DNA of 45,337 bases. Source: a virus (lineage: Duplodnaviria > Heunggongvirae > Uroviricota > Caudoviricetes). The stretch lies in IMG/VR virus record IMGVR_UViG_2721755660_000004; one strand, given 5' to 3'. The notes beneath the pieces are model-generated. The model was given only the letters and a program-made list of their open reading frames with translations, had not been told where the DNA came from and searched no databases. Within the stretch, counting starts at the first letter, position 1; every line of letters starts with the position of its first letter. Below are positions 41,996-45,337 of the stretch, one piece after another. A program made the translations under genes and the position numbers.

Positions 41996-42595
41996 ATGCG
42001 TAAATTATGTGCTGTTATTTTGTCCGCAGTAGTCTGGCAGATCGCCGCTGCTACGCCAGCGAGTGCAGCAGAGCATCAGTCCACACTAAGCGGCGGGTAT
42101 CTTCAGTCCCATACTGATATGCCCGGAAACGATGACCTGAAGGGCATTAACGTGAAATACCGTTATGAATTTACGGACACGCTGGGGCTGGTGACGTCAT
42201 TCAGCTATGCAGGAGACAAGAATCGCCAGCTGACCCGTTACAGTGATACCCGCTGGCATGAAGATTCCGTTCGTAACCGCTGGTTCAGCGTAATGGCGGG
42301 GCCGTCTGTGCGCGTGAATGAATGGTTCAGCGCGTATGCGATGGCGGGTGTGGCTTACAGCCGTGTGTCGACTTTCTCCGGGGATTATCTCCGCGTAACT
42401 GACAATAAGGGGAAAACGCACGATGTGCTGACCGGAAGTGATGACGGTCGCCACAGCAACACGTCTCTGGCGTGGGGAGCTGGCGTGCAGTTTAACCCGA
42501 CCGAATCCGTGGCCATTGATATTGCTTATGAAGGCTCCGGCAGTGGCGACTGGCGCACTGACGGTTTCATCGTGGGTGTCGGTTATAAATTCTGA
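41996..42595 (+). CDS. lom: Lom/Ail-family outer-membrane beta-barrel protein (199 aa)
   Basis: Signal peptide, alternating beta-strand pattern, and C-terminal ...GFIVGVGYKF. Lies at the lambda lom position. Confidence 0.92.
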   Translation: MRKLCAVILSAVVWQIAAATPASAAEHQSTLSGGYLQSHTDMPGNDDLKGINVKYRYEFTDTLGLVTSFSYAGDKNRQLTRYSDTRWHEDSVRNRWFSVMAGPSVRVNEWFSAYAMAGVAYSRVSTFSGDYLRVTDNKGKTHDVLTGSDDGRHSNTSLAWGAGVQFNPTESVAIDIAYEGSGSGDWRTDGFIVGVGYKF

Positions 42596-42621
42596 TTAGC
42601 CAGGTAACACAGTGTTATGAC

Positions 42622-42648
42622 AGCCCGCCGGTTCAGGCGGGCTTTTTT
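42622..42648 (+). terminator. Intrinsic terminator after lom
   Basis: AGCCCGCC-GGTTCA-GGCGGGCT followed by T6. Confidence 0.7.
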
Positions 42649-42659
42649 GTGGGGTGAAT

Positions 42660-44750
42660 ATGGCAGTAAAGATTTCAGGTGTCCTGAAGGACGGAGCGGG
42701 TGAGCCTGTCGTAAACTGTGCGATTGAATTGCGTGCCAGAAGAACCAGTCCGACAGTTGTGGTTAATATTGTGGCAACCTGTCTTACGGGAAGTGATGGC
42801 GGGTATACTATTAATGCTGAGCCGGGATTTTATGATGTATTTTTGTCCCGCTCAGGGCATCCTCCTGTAAAGGCGGGGGAAATTTATGTTGCACCGACAG
42901 ATGAGCCGGATACGCTGAATGCTTTTCTGGATGCACCAAAGGAGGGTGATTTACGCCCTGAGGTAATGAAGCGTTTTGAGGAAATGGTAAATACCGTTGT
43001 TCGCTTGTCTGAGCAGGTGGTCAGTGACAGGGAGAGAGCAGAAACAGCTGCTGATGATGCAATCAATGCAGCAACATCTGCGGCGGTTAGTAAGGATGAG
43101 GCAGAAGAGCTAAAAAATCAGACACAGCAGAGCGCCGAAGCTGCAGCCGGAAACGCACAGCAGACGGCACAGGATGTGACGACAACCGCAACGGCCCGTG
43201 ATGATGCGGAACGTTTTGCGGGTGAGGCTGAAAACAGCGCACAGACATCAGGCACAGCGCGGGACGAATCAGTCGATGCCGCCGAACGTGCCCGCCTTTA
43301 TCATAATACCGCATCATCAGCAGCGACCAGTTCAGAACTGTCGGCAAATGCTGCGCTGGGGCACAAAAACAGTGCCGCCGAATACGCCCGACAGGCTAAA
43401 GCCAGCCAGGATGCAGGTGCAGACAATGCGCAGGAAGCGAAACAGTACAGGGATGAGGCGCAGCAGATAGTTGATGACCTGAATGCAACAAATGCCAGCA
43501 CGACAGAAAAAGGTCTGGTGCAACTCTGTAGTTATACGGACAACGACAGCGAGGAACTGGCTGCCACGCCAAAGGCTGTCAAAGCCGTCATGGACGAAAC
43601 GAAAACAAAAGCGCCACTGGACAGCCCGGCCTTCACCGGCACCCCAACCACCCCAACCCCACCGGATGATGCCGCCGGTCTGGAAGCAGCGAACGCAGCG
43701 TTTGTGCGCAAACTGCTTGCTGCGCTGGTTGGCTCATCACCGGAAGTTCTGGACACCCTGAACGAACTGGCAGCGGCGCTGGGCAATGACCCGAACTTTG
43801 CGACGACAATCACAAACGCGCTGGCAGGCAAACAACCGCTTAATGACGTCTTAACGGCAATCAGCGCACTGACGCAACGGGCAGATAATCTTCTGTACTT
43901 CAATACAGACGGGAATGCCTCACTGTCTCTGCTGTCAGAGAAGGGCCGCGCATTGCTGGCGCATGACACGGCTGAAGCCATGCGCACGGAGCTTGAGCTG
44001 AGCGCGGCTGCGACGATGGAACCCCAGAGTGATATCCGTGACCGCACACCGGGCAGGCTGGCCCTGTCCGGGATGTATGGGTTTGGACAGGCATTCACCA
44101 GCGCCGAAGCTCTGTCATTTAACGGACAGGCTGATTTCGTTATATGGCTGCAGACAGTCACCCCGGGGCGGTATGCGGTCAGTATTGCGGACTCCTCCAC
44201 GCTGCTGGTGGGCACCACGAAATTTAACGGTATCATTGATGTGATGTGGTCACCCTCTGATAACAATGGTTCAGACTCAGCGCGTAAATTCAAAACGCTG
44301 CTGTACTACAACCAGTATTACGAGGATGAGCACAGCATACATTGTATGCGTTATCGCTACAGTGGTAACAGCTGGAATGCAACATCAAGCCTTATTGTGT
44401 ATGACGGCAACTCCCTGGCATATCTGATGTCCTCAACCGCCGGTAATGGCCCGTTCTCATATTACCAATACCCGGCCGTCGGTGTGCCGATTATGGCGGT
44501 ATATCAGGGAGAAAGTTTTGGTGAAAATGCTTCTCTGGGACTCGGTGATACTGTGCCGGGTTCCCGTCTTGGTCCTCTGGCCATGAGTGCACAGGTTAGT
44601 GATACAGGGACATACGCATCCTCACCGCAGGTTGTGATTGGCGGTGCCGGTGAATACAACTTCCCCGGTCGTTACACGGCGCTTTCGGGCCTGGGTAACA
44701 ATTATGGTACTCAGCGTGGCTTTATCGGTCTTTTTGTACGCATTGAGTAA
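42660..44750 (+). CDS. stf: Side tail fibre protein (Stf-like; 696 aa from MAVKISGV)
   Basis: The N-terminus is lambda Stf-like (MAVKISGVLKDG.G.PV.NC.I.L.ARR). Ala/Ser-rich shaft, conserved TEKGLVQL...LAATPKAVKAVMDET and LNELAAALGNDPNFATT, then a divergent C-terminal domain. Confidence 0.9.
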   Translation: MAVKISGVLKDGAGEPVVNCAIELRARRTSPTVVVNIVATCLTGSDGGYTINAEPGFYDVFLSRSGHPPVKAGEIYVAPTDEPDTLNAFLDAPKEGDLRPEVMKRFEEMVNTVVRLSEQVVSDRERAETAADDAINAATSAAVSKDEAEELKNQTQQSAEAAAGNAQQTAQDVTTTATARDDAERFAGEAENSAQTSGTARDESVDAAERARLYHNTASSAATSSELSANAALGHKNSAAEYARQAKASQDAGADNAQEAKQYRDEAQQIVDDLNATNASTTEKGLVQLCSYTDNDSEELAATPKAVKAVMDETKTKAPLDSPAFTGTPTTPTPPDDAAGLEAANAAFVRKLLAALVGSSPEVLDTLNELAAALGNDPNFATTITNALAGKQPLNDVLTAISALTQRADNLLYFNTDGNASLSLLSEKGRALLAHDTAEAMRTELELSAAATMEPQSDIRDRTPGRLALSGMYGFGQAFTSAEALSFNGQADFVIWLQTVTPGRYAVSIADSSTLLVGTTKFNGIIDVMWSPSDNNGSDSARKFKTLLYYNQYYEDEHSIHCMRYRYSGNSWNATSSLIVYDGNSLAYLMSSTAGNGPFSYYQYPAVGVPIMAVYQGESFGENASLGLGDTVPGSRLGPLAMSAQVSDTGTYASSPQVVIGGAGEYNFPGRYTALSGLGNNYGTQRGFIGLFVRIE

Positions 44751-44764
44751 TGAGGAAATCAGGC

Positions 44765-45337
44765 ATGAAAATCAGAGCGGTGAAAGGTATCAGAAACGCA
44801 CATTATCTTGAAAATGGTGCGGTTGACTGCGAGGTGTTATTTGAAGGTGAAACGGAGTTCGCCCTGTATACTGCCATACAGGATGATATGGCCCCGACAG
44901 GCCAGCATGTCTGGCAGGAGCTGCAAAGCGGGAAATGGGGCGAAATCGCCCCGTTCACCGTCACGCCGGAACTTATTGCAGCGGCAAAGGATGCCAAAAG
45001 GCGGGAAATTGAGGCATGGCGCGACAGTCAGGAAAACGTTGAGTTTATTTTCACGTTTGATGGCCGTCGTTTTGATGGCGGAAAAACCTCGCAGTCACGC
45101 CTTGCCCCCGTGGTTGCAACAGCACAGGCCGGACTGCTTCCGGATGGTTTTTTCTGGACTGATGCGGATAATAACAACGTCGTACTGACCAGGGAGAAAC
45201 TTATTGCGCTGAACGATGCCATGATGGTGGCCATGGTGGCGGAGGGCTTTAAAATCCACGAACGCCAGCGCGAGATGAAGGAACAACTGAATAATCTGAA
45301 TGACTTGGCTTCAATTCGAGCGCTTGACGTTACGTAA
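44765..45337 (+). CDS. Tail-fibre accessory/assembly-type protein (DUF4376-like; 190 aa; stop at 45335-45337)
   Basis: Position immediately after stf. The pattern AKRREIEAWRDSQ...FTFDGRRFDGGKTSQSRL resembles DUF4376. Confidence 0.6.
   Translation: MKIRAVKGIRNAHYLENGAVDCEVLFEGETEFALYTAIQDDMAPTGQHVWQELQSGKWGEIAPFTVTPELIAAAKDAKRREIEAWRDSQENVEFIFTFDGRRFDGGKTSQSRLAPVVATAQAGLLPDGFFWTDADNNNVVLTREKLIALNDAMMVAMVAEGFKIHERQREMKEQLNNLNDLASIRALDVT

Noticed and set aside
7322-44211. Multiple Chi octamers GCTGGTGG on the plus strand (e.g. 7322, 7733, 15857, 18526, 25844, 26284, 26640, 44204)
   Set aside because: At least three reverse-orientation copies also occur (9545, 22053, 22786). I did not scan exhaustively, so no orientation bias can be claimed without a full count.
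43532-44293. Minus-strand 253-aa ORF inside stf
   Set aside because: It is antisense to the Ala/Ser-rich fibre shaft, and its Ser/Ala-rich low-complexity sequence mirrors the sense strand.
1-45337. Search for tRNA, rRNA, CRISPR arrays and att core repeats
   Set aside because: No cloverleaf-like or repeat-spacer structure was seen. Both prophage ends lie outside the window, so the att sites cannot be identified.

Overview
The window is almost entirely one lambdoid prophage of an Escherichia/Shigella-type host. It runs from the integrase stop codon at position 1 to the stop of a tail-fibre accessory gene at 45337, so both att junctions lie outside the window. All calls come from reading the sequence and the ORF translations and from remembered family motifs; no database search was run.

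Gene order:
- int-xis and a leftward early operon on the minus strand (1-5381).
- A cI/cro-type immunity switch with a 12-mer shared by the putative OL and OR regions (5413-6480).
- A rightward early operon (6482-12965): two Rha-family proteins, a ProQ/FinO-family protein, three small DUF4222-like proteins, an O-like initiator, a DnaC-like loader and a DnaB-like helicase.
- An IS66-family element (13000-15703) with an 8-bp target duplication, inserted into a small nin-region ORF.
- rusA and a Q-like antiterminator, followed by a PR'/tR'-like promoter-terminator pair.
- An AT-rich accessory island at the position where Stx phages carry stx (16.9-19.8 kb): an AraC-family regulator, a TerB-like protein with an overlapping small membrane ORF, a reverse orphan gene, and a truncated nanS-p-like esterase.
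- A phage-21-type lysis cassette (pinholin, SAR endolysin, Rz/Rz1) that is split by a 1.1-kb two-gene insert.
- An HNH endonuclease, a reverse wHTH gene, and P27-type TerS/TerL.
- An HK97-type head module and a lambda-type tail (G/GT frameshift, tape measure, M, L, K, I, J), followed by lom, a side tail fibre and its accessory gene.

Canonical lambda N, cII/cIII, exo/bet/gam and kil were not recognised. The leftward operon instead carries unrecognisable AT-rich ORFs plus an SPFH lipoprotein cassette.

The candidates most worth a second look are:
- the ProQ/FinO gene with an adjacent promoter-to-terminator sRNA-like unit;
- the insert inside the lysis cassette;
- the SPFH lipoprotein plus 2-TM peptide cassette;
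- the orphan gene block at the head of the PL operon;
- the TerB-like pair.

No tRNA, rRNA or CRISPR array was seen.
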